Positions 16,479 through 24,597 of a stretch of 32,000 nucleotides of DNA are shown here, piece by piece. The position numbers and the translations under genes are program-made. The notes under the pieces are model-generated. The model had not been told where the DNA came from. It was given only the letters and a program-made list of their open reading frames with translations, and did not search any database. Origin of the DNA: Candidatus Nanoarchaeia archaeon (GTDB lineage Archaea > Nanobdellota > Nanobdellia > Woesearchaeales > JANQNC01); assembly GCA_028279745.1 (NCBI GenBank), contig JANQNC010000001.1, positions 660,001 through 692,000 of the forward strand, given 5' to 3'. The first letter of the stretch is position 1; each line of letters begins with the position of its first letter.

Positions 16479-17473
16479 AATCTGTTCAGATCTTAAAAAA
16501 TTTGCAAAACAGTAAAGGATTATTCTTAGCTAGCTCGCAGAACGTAACAACAGGTTATGATAGAGCTTGGATAAGAGATAATATCTATGAAGCATTAGGT
16601 CTAGAAGCAGCAGAAGACAGTGAAGGCGTGATAAAAACATATCATGCTTTGTTAGACATAATGCTAAAACATGAATACAAGATAGACTGGGCGATCAGAA
16701 AAAAACCATCTGACAAAATGGAGTACATACACGCAAGATTCCATCCAGAAGAATTAACAGAGATACCTCATGAATGGGGAAATAAACAAAACGATGCAAC
16801 AGGTGGATTTCTATTTAAGATTGGAGATTTAATTGAGAAAGGAGTTAAAGTAATTAGAGACCATAATGACATTCGGATCTTAAGAAAATTAGTTAAGTAT
16901 TTGGCAAGCGTTGAATACTGGCAAGATATGGATAACGGAATGTGGGAAGAGTACGAAGAAGTACACGCTTCATCAGTCGGAGCATGTGTTGCAGGCTTGA
17001 AAAAGATTTCACAATTTATCGAAGTTCCTACATGGCTAATTGAGAAAGGACAAGAAACACTTAATGAACTATTACCTAATGAATCAGTTACAAAAAGAGT
17101 TGATCTATCTTTACTTTCTTTGATATACCCTTACAATGTTGTGAGTAAAAAACAAAGAGAACAAATCTTAACAAACGTTGAAAATATTCTTGTACGTAAT
17201 AAAGGAGTCATTCGGTATGAAGGTGATGTTTACTATGGTAGTGAGAATGGTGAAGCAGAGTGGACATTCGGATTTCCATGGCTAGCAAAAATCTATAAAG
17301 AAATGGGAGACTTAGTTAAGTATCAATTTTATTTAAGAAAAACAAAAGAAGCAATGACTTCAGAAGAAGAGTTGCCTGAATTATATTATGCTGGAACTAA
17401 CGAGTATAATGAGAATACCCCTCTTGGTTGGAGCCAGGCGATGTATTTGATTGCGGTGAGTGAGACGTCATAA
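16475..17473 (+). CDS. Stand-alone glycoside hydrolase family 15-like (alpha/alpha)6 domain protein
   Basis: YDRAWIRDNIYEALGL matches the GH15 / phosphorylase-kinase-type W-x-RD-N-x-Y motif. WQDMDNGMWEEYEEVHASSVGACVAGL matches the GH15 catalytic-Glu region. There is no signal peptide and no N-terminal beta-sandwich domain. Confidence 0.72.
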   Translation: MKSVQILKNLQNSKGLFLASSQNVTTGYDRAWIRDNIYEALGLEAAEDSEGVIKTYHALLDIMLKHEYKIDWAIRKKPSDKMEYIHARFHPEELTEIPHEWGNKQNDATGGFLFKIGDLIEKGVKVIRDHNDIRILRKLVKYLASVEYWQDMDNGMWEEYEEVHASSVGACVAGLKKISQFIEVPTWLIEKGQETLNELLPNESVTKRVDLSLLSLIYPYNVVSKKQREQILTNVENILVRNKGVIRYEGDVYYGSENGEAEWTFGFPWLAKIYKEMGDLVKYQFYLRKTKEAMTSEEELPELYYAGTNEYNENTPLGWSQAMYLIAVSETS

Positions 17474-17484
17474 AGGTTTAGAAA

Positions 17485-17910
17485 ATGAACAAAAAAAATA
17501 AAATCATAGCAACATTGAGTTTGGTTGCATTAAGTTTTTTTGCAGCTAAAAATTACGAGAAAATTAAAAATGATGTTTGTACTTGGTATCACTTCCGTAA
17601 TTTCGACAAAGATATGCTGAGAGCTTTTGGCATGGAAAATAAAGAAGGCATACAAAAAAAAGACATTAATGGTGATGGCTTAGAAGACCTATTCGTTTAC
17701 AGTAAAAAAACAGGTATGCACGTATTTTTAAAAACACCAAACGGAGAATACCAAATGTTCAATGTAGGTGTGGAAAATCAGGACACCCCCCACGAAAAAA
17801 GGTTGTTAATCCCTAGAAAAAAAGGGCCTGATGTAAAATTACCAAAACTCGGCGATACTCCAAAAATCAAAGAAGAAAAAAAACAAATAGAACTCAGATA
17901 TCTAATATAA
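17485..17910 (+). CDS. N-terminally membrane-anchored small protein with an FG-GAP/EF-hand-like DxDxDG motif
   Basis: MNKKNKIIATLSLVALSFFAAK forms the anchor. DINGDGLEDLFVY is a Ca-binding-type loop. The C-terminus is Lys-rich. Confidence 0.6.
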   Translation: MNKKNKIIATLSLVALSFFAAKNYEKIKNDVCTWYHFRNFDKDMLRAFGMENKEGIQKKDINGDGLEDLFVYSKKTGMHVFLKTPNGEYQMFNVGVENQDTPHEKRLLIPRKKGPDVKLPKLGDTPKIKEEKKQIELRYLI

Positions 17911-17965
17911 TCTGAAATATTTCTAAAAGAAAACCTTATAAACAATCAAGTAACTTCCTGATAGC

Positions 17966-18121
17966 ATGAAGTGTGAGATATGTAGTGCAAAACTGGGAGA
18001 GACATTCTTGAAAAAGATAATAGGAACAGTTGTGAAGGATGAGAAAGGCAAAAAGCACACAATCTGTTTTGACTGCCAAAAGAAATTTCCCACGAAAGAA
18101 GAAATTCTAAAAAATTTATAG
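17966..18121 (+). CDS. 51-aa zinc-ribbon protein (CxxC...CxxC), not in the ORF track
   Basis: Hand translation gives MKCEICSAKLGETFLKKIIGTVVKDEKGKKHTICFDCQKKFPTKEEILKNL*. The TATA-like ccttataaac lies about 30 nt upstream. Stop TAG 18119-18121 ends 2 nt before the tRNA. Confidence 0.6.
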   Translation: MKCEICSAKLGETFLKKIIGTVVKDEKGKKHTICFDCQKKFPTKEEILKNL

Positions 18122-18123
18122 AT

Positions 18124-18195
18124 GCCTCGATGGCTCAATGGTAGAGCATCGCTCTCGTAAAGCGAAGGTTGAGGGTTCGATTCCCTTTCGAGGCT
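18124..18195 (+). tRNA. tRNA-Thr: tRNA-Thr (anticodon CGU), no encoded CCA
   Basis: Cloverleaf folded by hand. Acceptor GCCTCGA/TCGAGGC; D arm GCTC-AATGGTA-GAGC; anticodon arm TCGCT-CTCGTAA-AGCGA (anticodon CGT); variable loop AGGTT; T arm GAGGG-TTCGATT-CCCTT; discriminator T. Confidence 0.93.
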
Positions 18196-18200
18196 TTTTT
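18196..18200 (+). terminator. Oligo-T terminator after tRNA-Thr
   Basis: A T run immediately follows the discriminator base. This is the typical archaeal termination signal. Confidence 0.5.
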
Positions 18201-18241
18201 GAGCAAACCTTTTATATAAAATACCTAAAAATAATACTAAT

Positions 18242-18778
18242 ATGAATGCAAATCAGTTATATGAGTTTTTTACATCAGATGTTTTCTGTGGGAAACTGAA
18301 GAAGATAGCAGGTCATGCTATACATACAGGAAGAAGATCTGCTTGTGATATAAACAAAAAAGATAATGAGTTAGAGTACGTAAAGATGTTCCACGAGTTT
18401 GAAGACTTTAAAGTAAATGCAAGCGAAGGATACAAAAGCATAATCAGAGTTGACATATATCCAAAAGAAAACCAGTTTTACATACCAACACAAGAGTCAT
18501 TCGAATACATAGAACACCCAGGAGACAGAATTCTTTTGTCAGGACACGCAGATAAAGAAATGAACATTGAAGTTTTAGCGATGAGAAACACATTCGAACA
18601 AAACTATGAATACATAATGAACCTGTTAGAAGATAAACTAACAAAACTGCCAGACGTAACAGAAGCAGACAGAATATTAGAACAACAAGGAATACATGTA
18701 AGAAGATTCAACTACAAAAGAGAAGGAAATAGGTTAGTAATTGCAGACAGCAACAAATATTTGTTTAATAAATTCTAG
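18242..18778 (+). CDS. Hypothetical cytoplasmic protein (178 aa)
   Basis: Clean ORF. The TATA-like ttttatataaaa lies about 22-32 nt upstream, suggesting a near-leaderless transcript. I recognise no family. Confidence 0.6.
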   Translation: MNANQLYEFFTSDVFCGKLKKIAGHAIHTGRRSACDINKKDNELEYVKMFHEFEDFKVNASEGYKSIIRVDIYPKENQFYIPTQESFEYIEHPGDRILLSGHADKEMNIEVLAMRNTFEQNYEYIMNLLEDKLTKLPDVTEADRILEQQGIHVRRFNYKREGNRLVIADSNKYLFNKF

Positions 18779-18780
18779 AA

Positions 18781-20001
18781 TCATTCGTATCTAAGCGCAT
18801 CTACAGGCTTAAGTTTAGATGCTCTATACGCAGGGATTATTCCTGATAAAGCACCAACAACAAAACTAAACACTAAAGAGCCCACAATCAGGTAAGGTGG
18901 GAAGTAAGCTTGTAATAAAGTGCTTTCTAAAGCAACTGTTGCAAAAACCTCAATCAACTTAGCAAAGCTAGCACCAAATATAATCCCAATAGCACCTCCT
19001 GCTAAACCTAAAATGCCAGACTCAATCAAGAACAAGATCATAATGTCAGAGTTTCTAGCACCAACAGATTTCATAATGCCAATCTCCTGAGTTCTCTGAA
19101 GAACTGCAGTAAACATAGTGTTCATAATACCTATACCCCCAACAATCAAACTTATACAAGCAATACCAATAATTACAACTTGAACAACATTAAATACTGC
19201 CTTAAATACTTCAGCATACTGCGCAAAAGATACTACATCAACATCTTCACTGCCTTCCTCTTTATCTCTGTGCTTCCTTAAAGTTTCCTCAATTCTGTCT
19301 ACAACAACCTCTGGTTCTTCAGAAATATCTGACTTAGCCAACAAATAATCATACTTGTCATCTTCAACATCAAATAAGTCCAGATAAGCTTCACGAGTTA
19401 TATATGTCTGGGTATCATCTGAAGGATTACCTATAATCTCATAAAAACCAATTACCTCAAACTCTTCGTCGTTAAGCAAGATCTTATCCCCAACTTTAAC
19501 ATTCTTTTCAAATAAGTTCCTGTCTAAGAAGTAATGGCCAAGAACAACCTTGTTCTTATCACCTTTCTTAAGGTTTCTTCCTACTTCAACATCATAAGAA
19601 GTAAACAATTCATAAACAAGTTTGCCTTCTTTACCTTGAGGAATACCTATATTGAAATAATAACGAACCTGATCATTAAACTCTATCTTGACAGTTCCAT
19701 AATTCATACCCGTGGCATCTACCACTCCTTTAGTGCCCAACACTTCCCTAAGATCAGAGTCATCAATCTCAACTCCACCAACACTAACAACACCTCCCAA
19801 AGTTCCTTTGGGTTGAATAATAATCTTATCTCTACCAAGTTTAGCAAATTCTTCATCAACATACTTTGTCAAACCTTGACCAAGACTAACTAAAGCAACA
19901 ACTGCCGCAATCCCTACGAAGATACCAATCATGGTAAGCCAACTTCTTAGTCTTCTCTTACCAATATTTCCAGCCCCATACTTCAAAAAGTCCCAGATCA
20001 T
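18781..20001 (-). CDS. ABC transporter permease, FtsX/MacB family (paralog 2)
   Basis: N-terminal TM helix (LRSWLTMIGIFVGIAAVVALVSLG), a large extracytoplasmic domain of about 230 aa, then a C-terminal three-TM FtsX domain ending PAYRASKLKPVDALRYE. ATGA-type overlap with the upstream permease. Confidence 0.88.
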   Translation of the reverse strand: MIWDFLKYGAGNIGKRRLRSWLTMIGIFVGIAAVVALVSLGQGLTKYVDEEFAKLGRDKIIIQPKGTLGGVVSVGGVEIDDSDLREVLGTKGVVDATGMNYGTVKIEFNDQVRYYFNIGIPQGKEGKLVYELFTSYDVEVGRNLKKGDKNKVVLGHYFLDRNLFEKNVKVGDKILLNDEEFEVIGFYEIIGNPSDDTQTYITREAYLDLFDVEDDKYDYLLAKSDISEEPEVVVDRIEETLRKHRDKEEGSEDVDVVSFAQYAEVFKAVFNVVQVVIIGIACISLIVGGIGIMNTMFTAVLQRTQEIGIMKSVGARNSDIMILFLIESGILGLAGGAIGIIFGASFAKLIEVFATVALESTLLQAYFPPYLIVGSLVFSFVVGALSGIIPAYRASKLKPVDALRYE

Positions 20002-21212
20002 TTACGCAGCGCCTCCACAGGTTGCAATTTACTAGCTTGATAAGCAGGAGCAATACCTGAAATGCTTCCTACAATAAATGAGAATAATAATGAACCAATA
20101 ATAAGAGTCAAACTAAAATCTGCCCTCAAAAGTTGGGAACCAAGCGCGATCTGACCGATAACCTCGACACTCTTTCCAAGTATGAAACCAAGCATCAAAC
20201 CAATAAGCCCGCCAACTACTCCCAAAAGACCAGATTCAACAAGGAACAACAAAAGAACATCAGAGTTCTTAGCGCCAACTGATTTCATAACACCGATCTC
20301 TCTCTTTCTCTCAAGAACTGAGGTAAACATAGTATTCATAATACCTATACCTCCAACAAATAAGCTTATACCTGCAATACCTGCTAACACCCATTGAACA
20401 ACATTCAAGATTGAGTTCAATGCTTCAATAGACTGTTGCGCAGACTCAACAGAAAAATCTTCCTTACCTTCTTCAACGTTCCTGAACTTTCTCAATCTTT
20501 TTTCAACAGCTTCAATAACTTTATCCATATCTGTTCCAGGTTTTACCCTTGCAGCAATCAAGTCAACTTCATCACCAACATCAATAATCCTCCTGAACTC
20601 TTCATCATTAAGAAGAACCAAACCATTCAAACCAGGATTTCCAGTTCGTTCTGCAATGCCTATAACCTCAAAAGTCTTATCATTCAACACAACTCTTGAA
20701 CCAACATCGATCTGTTTTCCATATCTAGACTCCAAATCAAAATTGTTCCCTAAAAAAACCTTTCCACGATCACTTTCCTGAAGCATCCTGCCTTTTTCAA
20801 CTTTAAGGTTAAGGACTTCAATCATCATATCTCTGGCTTCACCTTCAGGGATATTAGAGATACTTTCAAACTTCTCCTGATCATTATACTCAAACCTAAC
20901 TGCACGAATCATCCTCTCAAGAACAAGATCAATGCCCCTTACTCTTTCAACTTCTCTAGTAACATCTTGTGTCAGTTTGTTTGCAACAGTAGAACCAGGA
21001 GGGCCAAAAGGAACGCCCGCTGCCTGAACAGTTATCTTATCTGTGCCCAGCGTAGCAAACTGTTCAGTGATGGCATTCTTCATTCCCGAACCAAGACTAA
21101 TCAAAGAAACTACTGCAGCAATACCAATAAATATACCGAGCATAGTAAGAAAACTTCTTACTTTCCTCTTCTTAAAAGTACCAATGGCAAGCCGAAAGTA
21201 GTCAACAATCAT
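19998..21212 (-). CDS. ABC transporter permease, FtsX/MacB family (paralog 1)
   Basis: Same architecture as the downstream paralog: VRSFLTMLGIFIGIAAVVSLISLG ... GIGIMNTMFTSVLERKREIGVMKSVGA ... PAYQASKLQPVEALRK. Confidence 0.88.
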   Translation of the reverse strand: MIVDYFRLAIGTFKKRKVRSFLTMLGIFIGIAAVVSLISLGSGMKNAITEQFATLGTDKITVQAAGVPFGPPGSTVANKLTQDVTREVERVRGIDLVLERMIRAVRFEYNDQEKFESISNIPEGEARDMMIEVLNLKVEKGRMLQESDRGKVFLGNNFDLESRYGKQIDVGSRVVLNDKTFEVIGIAERTGNPGLNGLVLLNDEEFRRIIDVGDEVDLIAARVKPGTDMDKVIEAVEKRLRKFRNVEEGKEDFSVESAQQSIEALNSILNVVQWVLAGIAGISLFVGGIGIMNTMFTSVLERKREIGVMKSVGAKNSDVLLLFLVESGLLGVVGGLIGLMLGFILGKSVEVIGQIALGSQLLRADFSLTLIIGSLLFSFIVGSISGIAPAYQASKLQPVEALRK

Positions 21213-21219
21213 TCTTCAC

Positions 21220-22449
21220 TTACTTTTTCTTTTTCTTCTTCCGCAAAAAGTAGATCACTAATCCAATCACAACAATCGCAACAGTAACTATCGGCCCTGC
21301 ACTATTACCGCCATTAATCCCTAGTTTTTTAGCTTCGGAAGATGAAAATATCTTCAACTCAACATTTCTTGTCTCTCTGAATAACTTATTGTTTGCATCC
21401 CTATACTCCAGCTCGAAAGGCAGCATAACTTTACCATCATCTGAATCAGAGACGTATACCTCGAAATCAATCGTCTCATAATCATCAGAGTCAACATTAC
21501 CAATGTACACTTCTGAAGGAGATATTATGTCTACCTGTTCAGTTTCAGCAAGCTTAACGTTTAAAAGCTTTATGTCAGACAAACCTTTATTTGTAAACTT
21601 CACATCAACCTTACCTGAAGATCCTGCTTTCTTAACTTCGGAGTTTTCAACTAAAACTACAAGATCCGGTTCAGATCCAACAGTCAATCCCACTATGCCT
21701 TCCCTACTGAATGTAGCTCCTGAACTGTCTAAGTAAGATAAAGTTATAGGTACTTTGTAAATCCCAGCATCTGCATTGGATAATGCAATAACATCTATAC
21801 TTATTGATGCGCTCTCACCACCTTGAATATACTTAACTTTTTTCTCAGCAGTTGATCCTAGAGGTGCAAGAGGAATCGCTGAATCAGTAAGATTAAGTGC
21901 AACAGTAACGTCTTTCAAAAGACCTTCTTCAATATTCTCAAGCGTGAAAGTTATAGTAGATGGTTCACCAGGCACAATAGTTTCAGGATCTGAAGTTACT
22001 GAAGCAATGTCTACTATGGCAACAGCACTTCTTACACTGATGTCAAAAGCAGGAAGCTTTACCCAACTCCCCCTATCAACTCTGTAACGAACTTCAAGCT
22101 CATTATCACCTTGGACAGCATCAACAGCAATCCTTAACCTGTATTTAACAATAACCCCGTCATCACCTGTCTGTCTTCCACCTATCGTGCTGATAGATTC
22201 AACAGCGGCCTCCCCTGGGCTGAGCGAGAACGGATATTCAGGAAGTACTTCAAACTCAACATCCTCAGCATTCTTGCTTCCTGAGTTTTCAATCTTAAAT
22301 CTTACATCCACATAAGAACCTGGATCTGCAGGATCTGGTTCTTGGTTAACCAGCGTTACATCTAAGTCAACCGCATCTGGAATTGTCTGTGCTGAAACAA
22401 AAGTCATAGCAAACAAAACCATCATCACTAACAAAATTCTTTTTATCAT
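21220..22449 (-). CDS. Surface beta-sandwich repeat protein (COG1361 / CARDB-like S-layer-domain family) with C-terminal TM anchor and poly-Lys tail
   Basis: Sec signal [20 protein letters not shown]|Q. Three or four repeats of about 100 aa (VTLVNQEPDPADPGSYVDVRFKIENSG...; TFTLENIEEG...; VDVKFTNKGLSDIKLLNVKL...). C-terminus GPIVTVAIVVIGLVIYFLRKKKKKK. It is embedded between the ABC ATPase and the permeases. Confidence 0.7.
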   Translation of the reverse strand: MIKRILLVMMVLFAMTFVSAQTIPDAVDLDVTLVNQEPDPADPGSYVDVRFKIENSGSKNAEDVEFEVLPEYPFSLSPGEAAVESISTIGGRQTGDDGVIVKYRLRIAVDAVQGDNELEVRYRVDRGSWVKLPAFDISVRSAVAIVDIASVTSDPETIVPGEPSTITFTLENIEEGLLKDVTVALNLTDSAIPLAPLGSTAEKKVKYIQGGESASISIDVIALSNADAGIYKVPITLSYLDSSGATFSREGIVGLTVGSEPDLVVLVENSEVKKAGSSGKVDVKFTNKGLSDIKLLNVKLAETEQVDIISPSEVYIGNVDSDDYETIDFEVYVSDSDDGKVMLPFELEYRDANNKLFRETRNVELKIFSSSEAKKLGINGGNSAGPIVTVAIVVIGLVIYFLRKKKKKK

Positions 22450-23177
22450 TTCTTAACACCTCTCCTAAGTTTTCTTAACATTGCGTGGCCATCTTTTTTT
22501 ACCTGGCCGTCTTTCAATAATTCGACACGATCCGCGTGCTTTGCAACATTCGCATCGTGTGTAACCATAATTACAGTTTTACCTTGATCCCTATTAAGGC
22601 CTCCCAACAAAGCCATAATCTCATTACCTGTTTTTGAATCAAGATTTCCTGTAGGTTCATCCGCCAAAATAACCTCCGGATCATTACATAAAGATCTAGC
22701 AATAGCAACCCTTTGCTGCTGTCCCCCAGAAAGCTCCGAAGGTTTGTGATGCATCCTATCTCCAAGACCCACCATCATCAAAAGTTGCTTTGCTTTTTCT
22801 ATCCTCTCCTCTCTTGGCGTGCCCTGAAAAATCATAGGCAAAGTAACATTTTCTAGTGCAGACAATGTAGGCAGTAGGTTAAACTGTTGAAAAATAAAAC
22901 CAATCGTTTTTCCCCTAATCTGAGCAAGATCAGATTCAGAAAGCTTAGCAATATTCTGTCCGTTCAAGAATATCTTACCTTTGGTAGGCACATCTAAAGC
23001 ACCAACCATATTCATCGCAGTACTTTTTCCAGAACCTGAAGGACCCATTATAGAGACAAAGTCTCCTTTACAAATCTGTAAGGACAGCCCTCTAAGAGCT
23101 GGAACGTTAACATCACCCATTTTGTAAATCTTCCAAACATCCCTTAGTTCAATAACAAAATCGCATTTCTTAGTCAT
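22446..23177 (-). CDS. ABC transporter ATP-binding protein (MacB/LolD-type, COG1136)
   Basis: GPSGSGKST Walker [16 protein letters not shown] signature, [11 protein letters not shown] Walker B, VTHD H-loop. Confidence 0.93.
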   Translation of the reverse strand: MTKKCDFVIELRDVWKIYKMGDVNVPALRGLSLQICKGDFVSIMGPSGSGKSTAMNMVGALDVPTKGKIFLNGQNIAKLSESDLAQIRGKTIGFIFQQFNLLPTLSALENVTLPMIFQGTPREERIEKAKQLLMMVGLGDRMHHKPSELSGGQQQRVAIARSLCNDPEVILADEPTGNLDSKTGNEIMALLGGLNRDQGKTVIMVTHDANVAKHADRVELLKDGQVKKDGHAMLRKLRRGVKK

Positions 23178-23647
23178 AGTTTTTTCAACTCCTTCGTAGC
23201 ATTTTTAATGATTTCTTTAACTTTAGCTTTATTCTTGTAAAGTTTATCCTCATCCATAAGATTAAACATGGTTTTCTTGAAGGATACCATTTCAGGAAAG
23301 TCCTTAGAAAACTTTATCCCCTTCATGATCAAAGAGGGAGTTATGCCTGTTTTAGTAATCTTCTTAACAATAGTTTCATGTTCAGAAACTAAAGACTCAG
23401 TTGTTGATAACAATTTTTTAAATTCGGTTCTGCCTTTAGCAGTAATCTTGTAAATCTTTTTTCTATCTTTTTCACTGACACTTGTCAGTTTCTCCTTAAC
23501 CAAAGAGTCAAGCAAAGGATACATAGATCCTGGAGAAGGCTTTTTACCTACTGTGAGTTTAATCTGATTCATCAACTCATACCCAGACATATCATGAGCT
23601 GTTAAAAACCTCAACACCAAAAATCGCAAGTTGCCGTGAATTATCAT
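23174..23647 (-). CDS. PadR-family winged-helix transcriptional regulator
   Basis: LRFLVLRFLTAHDMSGYELMNQIKLTVGKKPSPGSMYPLLDSLVKEKLTSV...KIYKITAKGRTEF is PadR-like. I prefer ATG 23647 (M27 of the tracked ORF), since the 26-aa extension is atypical and covers the likely promoter. ATGA overlap with the ATPase gene. Confidence 0.75.
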   Translation of the reverse strand: MIIHGNLRFLVLRFLTAHDMSGYELMNQIKLTVGKKPSPGSMYPLLDSLVKEKLTSVSEKDRKKIYKITAKGRTEFKKLLSTTESLVSEHETIVKKITKTGITPSLIMKGIKFSKDFPEMVSFKKTMFNLMDEDKLYKNKAKVKEIIKNATKELKKL

Positions 23648-23652
23648 ATTGA

Positions 23653-23690
23653 TTACCGATATATCTAATTCCGATACCTGTTTATAAAGG
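23653..23690. promoter_or_regulatory. Divergent promoter region with direct repeat TTNCCGATA x2 (candidate PadR operator) and TATA element
   Basis: ttaccgata at 23653-23661 and ttccgatac at 23669-23677, spaced 16 bp. tttataaagg at 23681-23690 lies about 35-43 nt from ATG 23647. A second TATA-like aatttatatatg at about 23709-23720 faces the plus-strand gene at 23741, which has the AAGAGG RBS. Confidence 0.3.
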
Positions 23691-23740
23691 TTTTGTTTAA
23701 TTGGAAAAAATTTATATATGTGCACAGAAAATAAGAGGTT

Positions 23741-24595
23741 ATGGAAAAAGAAAAAGAGCTAGGATTTCACAACCCCCAAAAGGACCCTCTAGAGAAAGCA
23801 GCAGACTCACAGCTTCAAAGAGAAGAGCTGAGGGAAGATATCAAGAACATACAAGAGGGGAAAGAGGAAGACAAGAAAGAAGCTCAAAAAAATCCACCAA
23901 AAACAGAAAGTAAAGCAAAAAAGATAGTGATCAAATCAGTGATAGGGCTAGCTTTACTTGTAGTGATAGTGGGGGTCTTCTTATTAGTAAGAGATTATAG
24001 CAGTTCAACTAACCCAGATGTGTTGACGTACACAACAGGGTTCTCATTCGTAAAAGTACAAAATTACTGGGTTACAAGAATCACAATAGATGATGTAAAC
24101 TACGACATACCATTCAGATACAACCCTTATGAAGTTGAGAATATAACAACAGAAGGAAATTTAATCGATTATGCAAATGCATACAAGAGATACAAATACA
24201 GCTATCTAACCCTAGATGACTGGGATGAAGGTGGTGAAGGGTACTTGACAATGAGTGTCAACGAGATATCAAAAATATTTGCAGATGTGTTAGGAAATAA
24301 AGTTATAGCTGCATGCACATCAGAAAATAAGACCGGATCCTGTTATAATTATAACTTTACAACAAAGAACTGTGAAAACACAGACGAACCCGTAGTATAC
24401 ATAAAAATTGACGAAGAAACAAAACTTATTGGCGAGGGCAGCTGCATAACGGTACAAGGCAATGGCGAAGACCTGATAAGAGCTACAGATAAGCTATTCT
24501 ACACCTGGTTTGGAGTAATGGACTATGAACTTACAGAAGAACCTGATTTAAGTGTAACAGAACAAATAGAAAAAGAAAATATAACAGAAGAATAA
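23741..24595 (+). CDS. Single-pass membrane protein: K/E-rich cytoplasmic N-terminus, 4-Cys extracellular domain
   Basis: Charged N-terminal region of about 60 aa, TM helix IKSVIGLALLVVIVGVFLLV, then an external domain with four Cys (AACTSENKTGSCYNY..KNCEN...GSCITVQG). I recognise no family. Confidence 0.6.
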   Translation: MEKEKELGFHNPQKDPLEKAADSQLQREELREDIKNIQEGKEEDKKEAQKNPPKTESKAKKIVIKSVIGLALLVVIVGVFLLVRDYSSSTNPDVLTYTTGFSFVKVQNYWVTRITIDDVNYDIPFRYNPYEVENITTEGNLIDYANAYKRYKYSYLTLDDWDEGGEGYLTMSVNEISKIFADVLGNKVIAACTSENKTGSCYNYNFTTKNCENTDEPVVYIKIDEETKLIGEGSCITVQGNGEDLIRATDKLFYTWFGVMDYELTEEPDLSVTEQIEKENITEE

Positions 24596-24597
24596 AA

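Noticed and set aside
17923-18138. 71-aa minus-strand ORF
   Set aside because: It overlaps the 5' end of a well-folding tRNA-Thr. It is also antisense to a zinc-ribbon ORF that has a plausible promoter.
18300-18350. JAMM/MPN-like metalloprotease motif in the 178-aa orphan (GHAIHTGRRSACD)
   Set aside because: The spacing is H-x2-H and H-x4-S-x2-D, not the canonical H-x-H-x7-S-x2-D. I found no upstream conserved Glu context.
18124-18800. Integrated mobile element at tRNA-Thr
   Set aside because: There is no integrase, no transposase and no visible direct repeat of the tRNA 3' end downstream. The neighbouring genes are an orphan ORF and a chromosomal-type ABC operon.
23701-23913. 70-aa Arg/Lys-rich ORF overlapping the start of the 284-aa membrane protein
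   Set aside because: It is an alternative frame of a purine-rich (K/E-coding) stretch. The 23741 frame continues into a TM helix and a folded domain and has an AAGAGG RBS.
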